A program made the translations under genes and the position numbers. Under the pieces are notes generated by a model. It made no database searches, had not been told where the DNA came from, and saw only the letters and a program-made list of their open reading frames with translations. Below are positions 15,907 through 25,257 of a DNA stretch of 61,871 bases, piece after piece (the stretch's first letter is position 1; every line of letters begins with the position of its first letter). Source of the DNA: an uncultured Eubacteriales bacterium (GTDB lineage Bacteria > Bacillota > Clostridia > Christensenellales > UBA1242); the NCBI GenBank assembly GCA_949096025.1, contig CARXKP010000003.1:1-61871 (forward strand). The letters run 5' to 3'.

Positions 15907-17343
15907 TTAGTCGTCAAAAACATCAAGATTTTCAATGTTATCCACTGGAATTTCTTCGATTTTATCGGCTTCAATACCTTCTTTCTTCTTTCCTACATTC
16001 AATTTTTCACCCAAATTGACAAAAGTAGTATATTCACCTATCCAGCGAAGTTTAACTGTTCCAGTACCACCATTTCTATGTTTTGCTATAATTAGTTCAA
16101 CTGTACCAGGCTCATCTTCTTGAGCAACATCATTATATTTTTCTGGATTGTATAGGAAAAGTACAATATCAGCATCTTGCTCAATCGCACCTGAATCTCT
16201 AAGGTCTGAAAGCATAGGTCTATGATCGCCCTGTCTACTTTCAACTCCACGCGAAAGTTGTGAAAGTGCAATAATTGGAACATTAAGTTCCTTTGCTGCA
16301 ATTTTCAGATTTCTTGAAATATCACTTACTTCATTTTGTCGAGTATCACTCTTTCTATCACTTCCACTGCTCATAAGTTGAACATAGTCGATCATTACAA
16401 CATCAAGGTTATCTTTTGCTTTAAGTCTACGACATTTTGTCAGTACATCAGCAGGAGTTGTAAGAGATGAGTCGTCTATATATAGTCCGCTGGCTTCAAG
16501 TTGTTTTGCAGCCGTCCAAATCCTCTTCCACTCCTCACCGTCCATAGAACCATTAAGGGCTCGTGACATCGGAACTTTTGCAAGAGAACATATTGCTCTT
16601 TGCATAAGTTGGTCTCGACTCATTTCAAGTGAAAATATAGCACATTTTTTACCCTGTTCTACAGCTGCATTGACTAAGATATTCATTGAGAATGATGTTT
16701 TACCAACACCTGGACGAGCAGCAAGAAGAATAAGGTCACTGTTTTGAAGTCCATTTGTAATCTTATCAAAATCTCTATAGCCTGTTGGAATACCTTTAAT
16801 AGAAGTTGGGTCTTTTGCTATTTGGTCAAATTTATCAATGACGTGTTTAACAGCACCGTCTGGAGCACCTACGTGTTCAAGTGCTGAACGAGATTGCTTT
16901 TCAGCAATATCAAATATCTCTTTTTCAGCAAATTGAAGACTTTTTTCTTTATCTTCACTTTCATAAGCATTTTCAATAATCTTTTGTCCAGAATAAATTA
17001 ATTTGCGTTTTACAGAGTCCGCCTTGACGATATCACAATAAAACTTGAAATTTGCTGCTGATGGTACTACATTGGTAAGAGCAGTAATATATTCAATTCC
17101 GCCCACTTTGTCAAGAATTTTCTCTTGGTCAAGTTGGTCGGTAAGTGTGACAAAATCAACAGGGACTGAACGCTGATAAATCTTATTCATAACAGAATAA
17201 ATACTGCTGTGCGCCTGAGAATAAAAATCGTCCTCTTTCATCATTCCGAAGATATCAACTTGTGCTTGCAAGTCAATAAGAATTGCACCAAGCACTGCTT
17301 GTTCTGCTTCTATATTATGTGGCATAATCTTGTAGTCTGCCAT
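15907..17343 (-). CDS. dnaB: Replicative DNA helicase DnaB
   Basis: PHNIEAEQAVLGAIL, Walker A AARPGVGKTSF, Walker B VMIDYVQLM, and IIALSQLSR. Confidence 0.95.
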   Translation of the reverse strand: MADYKIMPHNIEAEQAVLGAILIDLQAQVDIFGMMKEDDFYSQAHSSIYSVMNKIYQRSVPVDFVTLTDQLDQEKILDKVGGIEYITALTNVVPSAANFKFYCDIVKADSVKRKLIYSGQKIIENAYESEDKEKSLQFAEKEIFDIAEKQSRSALEHVGAPDGAVKHVIDKFDQIAKDPTSIKGIPTGYRDFDKITNGLQNSDLILLAARPGVGKTSFSMNILVNAAVEQGKKCAIFSLEMSRDQLMQRAICSLAKVPMSRALNGSMDGEEWKRIWTAAKQLEASGLYIDDSSLTTPADVLTKCRRLKAKDNLDVVMIDYVQLMSSGSDRKSDTRQNEVSDISRNLKIAAKELNVPIIALSQLSRGVESRQGDHRPMLSDLRDSGAIEQDADIVLFLYNPEKYNDVAQEDEPGTVELIIAKHRNGGTGTVKLRWIGEYTTFVNLGEKLNVGKKKEGIEADKIEEIPVDNIENLDVFDD

Positions 17344-17385
17344 AATTTCTCCTTTTCAAATGTAAATTATAATGCAATATTGAAT

Positions 17386-17658
17386 TTATTTTTCCTTAGT
17401 AAATGGGTCCTTTTTACCAGATTCTTGCAATCTCTTTTCCTTTCTCTTATCTATTTTTGAACATAACAAGTTGTAGAATATATACAAAATTGTAGTAATG
17501 AGAATAACTAAAAATCCACAAAGCACTGGATGCATACTTGTATATTCAAAGAATAAAAATGCAATAAAGGCATCAAGTAAAAAAACGATAGCCAAAAAAA
17601 TCATCAATCTTTTAGTCGTCTTTTTTAAATCTTTCTTTTCGCCTGGGGTAATAAGCAT
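17386..17658 (-). CDS. Small two-TM membrane protein (90 aa)
   Basis: SD is TAGGAGGGCAATA-ATG. The helices are LMIFLAIVFLLDAFIAFLFF and VLCGFLVILITTILYIF. Confidence 0.65.
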   Translation of the reverse strand: MLITPGEKKDLKKTTKRLMIFLAIVFLLDAFIAFLFFEYTSMHPVLCGFLVILITTILYIFYNLLCSKIDKRKEKRLQESGKKDPFTKEK

Positions 17659-17740
17659 TATTGCCCTCCTAAAATTATAAAGTGATTAATTTAGATTATA
17701 ACATTAAATTAAAATTATTTCAATTAAATTATTAATATTA

Positions 17741-17781
17741 ACAAAAATTTGCCAGAAATCAAATTAGTGACCGCTGGCAAA
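17741..17781 (-). terminator. Terminator after typA
   Basis: On the minus strand: TTTGCCAG-18 nt loop-CTGGCAAA followed by TTTTTG. Confidence 0.55.
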
Positions 17782-17837
17782 TTATTATAAATTTAAAAGA
17801 AATTTTGAAAAACTCAATGTACTGCCAATAGGCTGTA

Positions 17838-19670
17838 TTAAATCTCTCCTCTTAAAATCTTTCCTCTCTCCCTATTTCTTAAGTTATGGTCGAGAATAAT
17901 CTTTCTAATTCTAAGGCTCTTTGGAGTAACCTCAAGAATTTCATCATCCGCTAAGAATTCAATGTCATCTTCAAGACTTAATCTTCTTGGTGGAGTAAGA
18001 CGAAGAGCATCATCTGAACCTGAAGCACGGCAGTTTGAAAGGTGTTTTTTCTTACAAACATTGACAACAATATCTCCGCCCTTAGGATTTGAACCTACAA
18101 CCATACCTGCGTAGACTGGAGTTCCGGCATCAATAAACAAATCCCCTCTTTCTTGTGCATTAAATAGTCCGTAAACTATCGCTTCTCCATTTTCGTGTGC
18201 GATAAGCGAGCCAACATCTCTTCTATTAATTTCACCCTTCCAAGGCTCATAGTCATAGAACACTGAGTTTATTACACCTTCACCTTTGGTATCGGTAAGA
18301 AGTTCGCTCTTAAATCCGAAAAGTCCTCTTGAAGGAATTAAAAATTCCATTTTAATTCTGCTTCCGTGAGGTGTCATTTGTACAAGTTCACCCTTTCTTA
18401 CACCCATTTTTTGCATAACAACACCAGTGCAATCATCAGGAACATCAAGAATGAGTCTATCAATAGGTTCGCATTTTTCACCATTAATCATCTTAATAAG
18501 AACTTTTGGCATAGAAACTTGAAATTCATAACCATCTCTTCTCATATTTTCAATAAGAATAGAAAGGTGCATTTCCCCTCTTCCGCTAACCTTAAATTGT
18601 TCAGCAGTTTCACCATCTGCAACCCTTAAAGAAAGGTCTTTTACAGCCTCTTTATAAAGTCTATCACGGAGATGTCTTGATGTAACATACTTGCCTTCTT
18701 TTCCAGCAAAAGGACTGTCATTTACCATAAAGGTCATTTCAACACTTGGCTCTGCAATCTTTACAAATTCAACTGGTTCAACTAAACTGCTATCGCAAAT
18801 TGTGTCACCAATTTGTACACCTTCAAGCCCTGCAATGCAGACAATTTCTCCAACAGTTGCACATTCTACTGGTACTTTCTTAAGACCTTCAAACACAAAT
18901 AAACTTACAACCTTTGCTCTTGTTTTCTTACTTTCATCGTGATAATTGCAAAGAGTTACACTTTGTCCAACTTTAATTGTACCTCTTGAGATCTTACCAA
19001 CCGCAAGTTTTCCTACATAATCATTATGTTCAGCTGAAGAAACAAGCATTTGAACAGGTTGTTCATTTTCCCCTTCTGGTGCTGGAATATACTCAATAAT
19101 CTTATTAAATAGAGCGCTCATATCCTTGCCCATTTCATCTTTGTTATCGCTTGAAACGCCAGTTCTGGCAGAGGCAAAAATGAATGGAGAATTAAGTTGC
19201 TCTTCGTTTGCATCAAGTTCAAGGAATAATTCAAGAACTTCATCTATAACCTCACTTATTCTAGCATCTGGTCTGTCAATCTTATTTACAACAACAATCA
19301 CCTTAAGTTGAAGCGCAAGTGCTCTTTCAAGTACAAAACGAGTTTGAGGCATTGGACCTTCATAAGCATCAACTACAAGAAGTACTCCATCAACCATTTT
19401 AAGTACTCTTTCAACTTCACCACCAAAATCAGCGTGTCCAGGAGTGTCAATAATGTTTATTTTTGTATCCCCATAAAGACAAGAGCAGTTTTTAGAAAGA
19501 ATGGTAATACCTCTTTCTCTTTCAAGGTCATTACTATCCATAACTCTGTCCATAACAACTTGATTTTCTCTAAAAACACTACCTTGCTTTAAAAGTTCAT
19601 TTACAAGCGAGGTTTTGCCGTGGTCAACGTGGGCAATTATCGCAATATTTCTAATTTTTTCGTTTTTCAT
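17838..19670 (-). CDS. typA: Translational GTPase TypA/BipA
   Basis: IRNIAIIAHVDHGKTSLV, DTPGHADFGGEV, NKIDR; 610 aa. Confidence 0.95.
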   Translation of the reverse strand: MKNEKIRNIAIIAHVDHGKTSLVNELLKQGSVFRENQVVMDRVMDSNDLERERGITILSKNCSCLYGDTKINIIDTPGHADFGGEVERVLKMVDGVLLVVDAYEGPMPQTRFVLERALALQLKVIVVVNKIDRPDARISEVIDEVLELFLELDANEEQLNSPFIFASARTGVSSDNKDEMGKDMSALFNKIIEYIPAPEGENEQPVQMLVSSAEHNDYVGKLAVGKISRGTIKVGQSVTLCNYHDESKKTRAKVVSLFVFEGLKKVPVECATVGEIVCIAGLEGVQIGDTICDSSLVEPVEFVKIAEPSVEMTFMVNDSPFAGKEGKYVTSRHLRDRLYKEAVKDLSLRVADGETAEQFKVSGRGEMHLSILIENMRRDGYEFQVSMPKVLIKMINGEKCEPIDRLILDVPDDCTGVVMQKMGVRKGELVQMTPHGSRIKMEFLIPSRGLFGFKSELLTDTKGEGVINSVFYDYEPWKGEINRRDVGSLIAHENGEAIVYGLFNAQERGDLFIDAGTPVYAGMVVGSNPKGGDIVVNVCKKKHLSNCRASGSDDALRLTPPRRLSLEDDIEFLADDEILEVTPKSLRIRKIILDHNLRNRERGKILRGEI

Positions 19671-19723
19671 TTTAATTTTCTTCCCTTTAATTTTTCGCTA
19701 TCCTCACAAATATAGCACAAATT

Positions 19724-19764
19724 TTAAAAAAACACAAGATTTCAACAAAAAAAATCTTGTGTTT
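19724..19764 (-). terminator. Terminator after the phosphopantetheinyl transferase gene
   Basis: On the minus strand: AAACACAAGAT-13 nt-ATCTTGTGTTT followed by TTTT. Confidence 0.65.
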
Positions 19765-19796
19765 AACAAAATAAAATATGGTTATATTCTATTCTC

Positions 19797-20360
19797 CTAT
19801 TCTAAATTCAATTTTTTACACAATGTCAGATAATGTTCCCCAATCCTTTTACACTTAAATTTATATTTAGTTTTATCCATATTAATCTTTTTTAGATCCT
19901 GTGCAAGCGATTGTCCTTCGCATTTAACTATACTTTCTTTAATCGTCCATAGTCTTGTCAGAAATTCATTTTTATTTTCTGCCCTTTTCAACTCTTCCAG
20001 TTCGCTTTCACTACATATTCTATTTGCAAGTCTTTCATCATAATCAAAGATTTTTTGAATATCAACCCCAACTTCTTGCCAAGAATAAGCGATTGCTATC
20101 ATATCACCAGAATTTGAGATATTAAAATATCTTCTTCCCTCAATATATGGCTTGCCATTTTCATTAAAAGTAATAAGTGGTAATGTTCTTCTTTTAATAA
20201 GTCTTTGTAACATAGCATAACCTATGATTGAAACCTTTCTCTTTTCTATATTCCCTTTTTTATCAATCCTCTCTTTCAAAACATTGGGGAAATTATTAAA
20301 CCATTTTTCAAGTTTATCTTCTGAAACACTTATTCTATTTATATTAAACACTCTTATCAT
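19797..20360 (-). CDS. 4'-phosphopantetheinyl transferase (Sfp type)
   Basis: GKPYI, FNISNSGDMIAIAYS..VGVDIQ, and WTIKESIVKCEG. Confidence 0.75.
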   Translation of the reverse strand: MIRVFNINRISVSEDKLEKWFNNFPNVLKERIDKKGNIEKRKVSIIGYAMLQRLIKRRTLPLITFNENGKPYIEGRRYFNISNSGDMIAIAYSWQEVGVDIQKIFDYDERLANRICSESELEELKRAENKNEFLTRLWTIKESIVKCEGQSLAQDLKKINMDKTKYKFKCKRIGEHYLTLCKKLNLE

Positions 20361-20367
20361 ATCTTAT

Positions 20368-20396
20368 ATTATATATAATTATAAAAATTAAGTCAA
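20368..20396 (-). promoter_or_regulatory. Consensus sigma-A promoter placed for a leaderless transcript of the PPTase gene
   Basis: On the minus strand: TTGACT (20396-20391), 17 nt, TATAAT (20373-20368), ataagat, then ATG (20360). There is no SD. Confidence 0.55.
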
Positions 20397-20401
20397 TAAA
20401 C

Positions 20402-20430
20402 AAAAAAAGATTAGAACATTTCCAATCTTT
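20402..20430 (-). terminator. Terminator after rpmE
   Basis: AAAGATT-11 nt-AATCTTT with flanking A/T runs. Confidence 0.6.
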
Positions 20431-20440
20431 TTTATTTTGA

Positions 20441-20647
20441 TTATTTTAAACCATATTTCTTGTTGAACTTTTCAACATTACCACTAGCATCAACAACCTT
20501 CTTCTTTCCAGTAAAGAAAGGGTGACATTTATTGCAAATATCAATACTTAACTTATCGCCTTTAGCACAAGATTTTGTCTTGAAAGTGTTTCCACAAGCG
20601 CAAGTTACAGTAACTTCGTGGTAATCAGGGTGAATTTCCTTTTGCAT
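20441..20647 (-). CDS. rpmE: 50S ribosomal protein L31 (zinc-binding type)
   Basis: [20 protein letters not shown]...[11 protein letters not shown]. Confidence 0.95.
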   Translation of the reverse strand: MQKEIHPDYHEVTVTCACGNTFKTKSCAKGDKLSIDICNKCHPFFTGKKKVVDASGNVEKFNKKYGLK

Positions 20648-20692
20648 ATTTTCCTCCTATAATTTTCGCTTTTTGCCAAGATCGGCAAATAA

Positions 20693-20953
20693 TTAGTCAC
20701 CTACATAAGGTAAAAGTGCTATATTTCTTGCTCTTTTGATAGCAGTGCAAAGCATTCTTTGATGATAAGAGCAAACACCTGTTTGACGTCTAGGTAAAAT
20801 TTTACCTTTTTCAGTAATATATTTTCTTATTTTAGCAACATCTTTGTAGTCAATAGTCTTTTCACCTGCTACACAGAAAGCACAAACCTTTTTCTTTGAA
20901 GGTTTACGAAATTTCTTTACAACAACCTTCTCTTCAGTTTTTACTTCAGCCAT
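20693..20953 (-). CDS. rpsR: 30S ribosomal protein S18
   Basis: CAFC...[35 protein letters not shown]. Confidence 0.95.
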   Translation of the reverse strand: MAEVKTEEKVVVKKFRKPSKKKVCAFCVAGEKTIDYKDVAKIRKYITEKGKILPRRQTGVCSYHQRMLCTAIKRARNIALLPYVGD

Positions 20954-20969
20954 AATATTCTCCTTTTAA

Positions 20970-21374
20970 TTAAAATGGTAAGCTGTCATCGTCATCAATA
21001 GGTTCAAGTTCGCCAGTACCGCCAGTAGGTTTTGGCATATCAGAACCGCCATCACTGTTTTTAGTGCTTAAGAATTCAACATCGCTTGCAGTAATTTCAG
21101 TTGAATAGCGTTTAGTTCCGTCCTGTGCTTCATAAGAAACATTTTGTATTCTTCCTACAACACAGCATTTTGAACCTTTCTTTAAAAATTTATGACAATT
21201 TTCAGCAAGTCCTCTCCAAACTACGATATTAAAGAAATCTGCTTGAGGACCATTATCGTTGCTTGCAAATCCTCTTTGAACAGCAAGTGAGAATCTGCAT
21301 ACTGAAACACCACTATTAGTAGTAGTGATTTCAGGGTCTTTGGTTAAATTTCCAATTAAAAATACTTTATTCAT
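20970..21374 (-). CDS. ssb: Single-stranded DNA-binding protein
   Basis: MNKVFLIGNLTKDPE OB fold, with acidic tail DDDDSLPF. Confidence 0.9.
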   Translation of the reverse strand: MNKVFLIGNLTKDPEITTTNSGVSVCRFSLAVQRGFASNDNGPQADFFNIVVWRGLAENCHKFLKKGSKCCVVGRIQNVSYEAQDGTKRYSTEITASDVEFLSTKNSDGGSDMPKPTGGTGELEPIDDDDSLPF

Positions 21375-21415
21375 TATTTCTCTCCTTTTGAGATAAGCAA
21401 CTTGATTTATCGTAA

Positions 21416-21697
21416 TTATTTTCTAACAAACATTTGACGAACGATGCCTTCAGTAATGTTCATAAGTTTTGCCATAGCGTCAACTCCGTTAGGATCTAAA
21501 GTAATGTTCATAAGAACATAGAATCCTTCATTTTTAAAGTTGATTGGATAAGCAAGTTTTCTCATTCCCCATTTATCAATTCCTTCAACTGTGCCGCCTT
21601 TAGCTTCAACATAAGAAGAGAACTTAGCAATAAGTTCTTCTCTTTTTTCTTCAGCAACATCAGAAGCGATGATATAAAGAAGTTCATACTTATTCAT
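21416..21697 (-). CDS. rpsF: 30S ribosomal protein S6
   Basis: Track ORF 21416..21808 was trimmed to the ATG at 21697, preceded by GGAGGTAAAAAGT. MNKYELLYIIASDV...KWGMRKLAYPI. Confidence 0.9.
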   Translation of the reverse strand: MNKYELLYIIASDVAEEKREELIAKFSSYVEAKGGTVEGIDKWGMRKLAYPINFKNEGFYVLMNITLDPNGVDAMAKLMNITEGIVRQMFVRK

Positions 21698-21724
21698 ACT
21701 TTTTACCTCCTTTTGGACAAAATG

Positions 21725-21750
21725 GTCTTTCCTTCTTTTTATGGAAAGAC
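21725..21750 (-). promoter_or_regulatory. Stable hairpin in the rpsF-ssb-rpsR 5' leader (possible S6:S18 autoregulatory leader)
   Basis: On the minus strand: GTCTTTCC-ataaaaagaa-GGAAAGAC, lying between the TSS and the SD. Assigning it to the known rpsF leader motif is inference. Confidence 0.35.
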
Positions 21751-21779
21751 AAGGACAGTAAGATAATACTGCAAATGCA

Positions 21780-21808
21780 ATTATAATAAAATAATTTTTA
21801 TTTGTCAA
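21780..21808 (-). promoter_or_regulatory. Consensus sigma-A promoter of rpsF operon
   Basis: On the minus strand: TTGACA (21808-21803), 17 nt, TATAAT (21785-21780). Confidence 0.7.
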
Positions 21809-21904
21809 GCAATATTTTAATTAATAAATAATAAATATTAAAGTTAATAGCAATAATAAAGTCTAAACTTAATTTTTAACCTTATCTCATTACCTTGAAT
21901 AATC

Positions 21905-21933
21905 TTGACAAATTTTATATGACTAGTTATAAT
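21905..21933 (+). promoter_or_regulatory. Consensus sigma-A promoter of lipoprotein gene
   Basis: TTGACA (21905-21910), 17 nt, TATAAT (21928-21933). Confidence 0.65.
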
Positions 21934-21956
21934 TTTTTTAGGAGAAAAAAGAAAAT

Positions 21957-23024
21957 ATGAAATTTAAAAAACTTATTTTATTATTTTTATTTGTTATATG
22001 CCTAGGCACAGCATTTTGTCTAGTTGGTTGTGGAGATAAAACACCATCTTCAGATAACAACCCTAACCAGCCTCCAGAAAACCCATCAATTGAAACTACT
22101 TACAACGTGCATATCAACTTAAATAATTCATCTTACGGAAGCCTTATTGTAGACAATTTAAAGCCCAAATATGATGAAGGTGATGAGATAACAATTACTG
22201 TTGCACCAAATAAAGGTTACTATCTACGTGGATATTCTGATTGCGACAGTAAGGAACTCACAAGAACAATTACAGTTACTAAATCAGAAAACATTACTGT
22301 AAATCTTGTAGAAGGCGATGCTTGTACTTTCTATGGATACCACATCGCAGCAAACTGCCCTGTTGAACAAAAAATCTTAGGTGCAACAGAAAAAACTTCA
22401 ATCAACCAAGGTGGTTTAACTCAATTTGTTAAATATATGACTAATAAAAACATCACTTCTGGAAATCTAGCACTATTAGCACAAGATAACGACAATTTTG
22501 GTTATTGGGAAATAAGACAAAATGACAAAAGTGAAATTATCACTTTTCCTGAAACCTCATTTAATGATTATGATTATTTGATTAAAGAAGACTATTTAAT
22601 GCAAATATTTGGTGACAAAAAAACTGACTGGATTGATATAATTGAACACGATACTTATTGCGGAAATGCTTTTGTTCTTACTAGAAGCGATGTTGACAAA
22701 GATGATATTTGTTATGAAGATTTTGCAGAATTTAATATTTCACTATTTGCAAATACAAATTTATACTACATTTACTCATTAAACGGCAACTTAAACATTA
22801 AGGGTTTAGAAAAAATTGAAGAAACTTATAATGCCTCTCACTTAGCTGAAACAAATAAAAGTTGTTTTATACAAACATTTAGATTATTCACCGTAGATGA
22901 AAAAATATATTTTTCAACAAATTGGAAAAATGAATATATGATTAGAGTTGGACAAAAATATCAAGTAAATAAAACAATAAATGGAGAAAACATAACTATA
23001 CAATTTGTAACTCCACAAAATTAA
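21957..23024 (+). CDS. Hypothetical lipoprotein (355 aa) with a divergent InlB-B-repeat-like module
   Basis: Lipobox MKFKKLILLFLFVICLGTAFCLVGC. SD is TAGGAGAAAAAAG. The segment YNVHINLNNSSYGSLIV...ITVAPNKGYYLRGY resembles the divergent B-repeat. Confidence 0.7.
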   Translation: MKFKKLILLFLFVICLGTAFCLVGCGDKTPSSDNNPNQPPENPSIETTYNVHINLNNSSYGSLIVDNLKPKYDEGDEITITVAPNKGYYLRGYSDCDSKELTRTITVTKSENITVNLVEGDACTFYGYHIAANCPVEQKILGATEKTSINQGGLTQFVKYMTNKNITSGNLALLAQDNDNFGYWEIRQNDKSEIITFPETSFNDYDYLIKEDYLMQIFGDKKTDWIDIIEHDTYCGNAFVLTRSDVDKDDICYEDFAEFNISLFANTNLYYIYSLNGNLNIKGLEKIEETYNASHLAETNKSCFIQTFRLFTVDEKIYFSTNWKNEYMIRVGQKYQVNKTINGENITIQFVTPQN

Positions 23025-23037
23025 AAACTTAATAAAC

Positions 23038-23071
23038 AAAAAGAGATAACTTAAAATGTTACCTCTTTTTT
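23038..23071. terminator. Bidirectional terminator
   Basis: AAAAGAGATAAC-ttaaaat-GTTACCTCTTTT (one mismatch), followed by a T run. Confidence 0.55.
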
Positions 23072-23408
23072 ATTTTCTTATTATAATTGACTCAAAAAAT
23101 CTTTCTTGAAATTCTGTTAACGCCCTAATTTGGTCATCAGTATAATTTTTACCTTGTGGCACAACAATTAATTTATCGTCATTATCATTAATTCTATGAA
23201 TAATTGCTAGAACTTCCCCGTCATATTCATCACAAGGAGCAAATTCTCCAAGGACATAAGCATCAAGTTCTTCTCCATCGCCTGAAATTGTATTTGGTAA
23301 GTATCCATAATTCACCGGATAAATAAAACCGTGCTTTGGATGCTTTGAACCGAGCGGTCTATCCATTTTAACAGTTACAACCTTTCCAAGATATTCTTTA
23401 CTTTCCAT
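23070..23408 (-). CDS. Small inorganic-diphosphatase-family protein (112 aa)
   Basis: VKMDRPLGSKHP...YPVNYGYLPNT.SGDGEELDAYVLG resembles short PPase-domain proteins. Motif recognition only. Confidence 0.5.
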   Translation of the reverse strand: MESKEYLGKVVTVKMDRPLGSKHPKHGFIYPVNYGYLPNTISGDGEELDAYVLGEFAPCDEYDGEVLAIIHRINDNDDKLIVVPQGKNYTDDQIRALTEFQERFFESIIIRK

Positions 23409-23422
23409 AATCCACCTTTCTT

Positions 23423-24088
23423 TTACTTATTTTTTAATTTGTTAATCGCCTCTTCTCTATCTTCTGCTTTAAAAACAAAGTTTCCACTTACAAGTATATC
23501 TCCTCCAGCATTAATAATTTCTTCAGCATTTTCTTCACACACTCCACCATCGACCTCAATTTTATAGTTGTAATCATTTTCTTTTCTAAGAGCATCAAGT
23601 TGTTTTATCTTTTCAAGGGTTTGAGGAATAAATTTTTGTCCACTAGCCCCAGGCTCAACTCCAAGCACAAGAACAACATCAAAAGCATATAAAAACATCT
23701 TGATATGCTTTACTTCCGTTTCGGGCCTTATTGCTATTCCGCAAAGGGCATTAGCAAACTTAATTTTATTTACTGCAGAAATAATTTGATTTTTATCTGC
23801 AAAAGCCTCATAGTGAATAGTAACTATGTTTGCCCCTGATTTAAGATAAGAGTCAATCATCTTATAAGGCTCCTTACACATCAAGTGAACATCAAGCATT
23901 GTAAGGCAATTTGCATTAATGTTGCTTGCGAGGTCTGCATCAAAATTCTTACTGCTAACAAAAATACCATCTTTTACATCACAATGTATAAAATCTGCTA
24001 TTCCTTGCAAATTTTTTGCATATTCTACTACTTTTTGACGTTCTTGAACTGGGTCTGTTGATACAGAAATATAAACATCTTTCTTCAT
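23423..24088 (-). CDS. rpe: Ribulose-phosphate 3-epimerase
   Basis: DVHLM, VLVLGVEPGASGQKF, EVDGG. Confidence 0.9.
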   Translation of the reverse strand: MKKDVYISVSTDPVQERQKVVEYAKNLQGIADFIHCDVKDGIFVSSKNFDADLASNINANCLTMLDVHLMCKEPYKMIDSYLKSGANIVTIHYEAFADKNQIISAVNKIKFANALCGIAIRPETEVKHIKMFLYAFDVVLVLGVEPGASGQKFIPQTLEKIKQLDALRKENDYNYKIEVDGGVCEENAEEIINAGGDILVSGNFVFKAEDREEAINKLKNK

Positions 24089-24183
24089 AATTTCTCCTTA
24101 ATACTGGCAAATTTAATTAAATTTTGCTATATTTTTCCATTTTTTAATAAAATTTTTATTATTTTTATTAAATTTTCTTTTAA

Positions 24184-25041
24184 TTAATATCTTTTTCCAT
24201 TCCTTAACTCTTGTAAAATCTTTAAATAATTTTCATATCGAACCTGTGTTATCTCTCCATTTTCAAGCATCTTAATTACACCACACTCTCCTCCACCTTC
24301 GTGAAGACAGGAACGATATTTGCAGTTTTCCATACCTTTTAAAAACTCTGGATAATATGAACCTAGTTCTCTTTCGTTTAATGATGAAACCATAGAAAGG
24401 TCAAGTAAAGAAAATCCAGCGGTATCAGCAAGATACTCGCCATTTATCTTAAATAGTTTCACAAGTCTTGTTGTCTGTCTTCCCCTTTCAGTTCTTTTTG
24501 AAAGAGAGCCTACTTTTTCATCATTTCCAAGAATTGCATTTATTATTGACGACTTTCCAACCGCACTTTGCCCTGCCATAACGCAAAGCCCTGTAATTTG
24601 CTCTTTTAACTCTTCAACATCACCGTTTTTTGCACTTACTTTTACTATTTTATAGCTATGAGCATATTCTCTATCTATTTTATCAATAAACTCTTGAGAT
24701 GCTAAGTCTTTTTTATTTAATACAATTATAGGTTCTATAGCATTTAGCACACAGTAAATTATAATTTTATCTACAAGCACAAGGTCAGGTTTTGGGATAG
24801 GTGCAATTACAATGAAAATCCTATCTATGTTAGCAACTGGCGGTCTTATTAAAAGATTTCTTCTAGGCATTACGCCTGTTATAACATCACTAAATTCAAC
24901 TTTATCACCAACAAAGATTCCTTTGCCTTTTGTCTTGCCACTAGGTTTAACAGTAAAAATCTTATCATCACATTCAACTGAAAAAAGGTCAGCATTTTTG
25001 GTTATTACAAGCCCTTGCACTTTTCCTCCGCTTAAACTCAA
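24184..25041 (-). CDS. rsgA: Ribosome small-subunit biogenesis GTPase RsgA
   Basis: VLNKKDL, GQSAVGKSSIINA, C-terminal zinc motif C.YRSCLHEGGGECGV. The start is uncertain: the track start at 25041 is TTG without an SD, and an in-frame GTG at 25020 follows GGAGGAAAA. Confidence 0.85.
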   Translation of the reverse strand: MSLSGGKVQGLVITKNADLFSVECDDKIFTVKPSGKTKGKGIFVGDKVEFSDVITGVMPRRNLLIRPPVANIDRIFIVIAPIPKPDLVLVDKIIIYCVLNAIEPIIVLNKKDLASQEFIDKIDREYAHSYKIVKVSAKNGDVEELKEQITGLCVMAGQSAVGKSSIINAILGNDEKVGSLSKRTERGRQTTRLVKLFKINGEYLADTAGFSLLDLSMVSSLNERELGSYYPEFLKGMENCKYRSCLHEGGGECGVIKMLENGEITQVRYENYLKILQELRNGKRY

Positions 25042-25130
25042 ATTGAGATTTTCTTTTTTATATTTTAAATCTTTATTGACAAGAAAGTCAAGTTATTTAA
25101 TCTTAACTATATAAATATTTAATTTGAAAT

Positions 25131-25166
25131 AAAAAAGATGACTTTTAGAGAAGACATCTTTTTTAA
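25131..25166 (-). terminator. Terminator after rlmN
   Basis: AAAAGATG...CATCTTTT imperfect hairpin with flanking A/T runs. Confidence 0.5.
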
Positions 25167-25257
25167 ATGCTTGCATTGTTAAGATATAACTTATGAAATT
25201 TATAGTATTTTATCGTTTTTTACCATTTTTTATGACTTTTTATCAATTTTTGTTAAA

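Noticed and set aside
21698-21808. Upstream extensions of track ORFs for rpsF (to 21808), fmt (to 27274), eda (to 36073), priA (to 29996), the coupling ATPase (to 42978) and the first PIN-operon gene (to 48822).
   Set aside because: The extended N-termini lack SDs, and for rpsF the extension covers the promoter and leader. Internal starts with GGAGG-type SDs give canonical N-termini.
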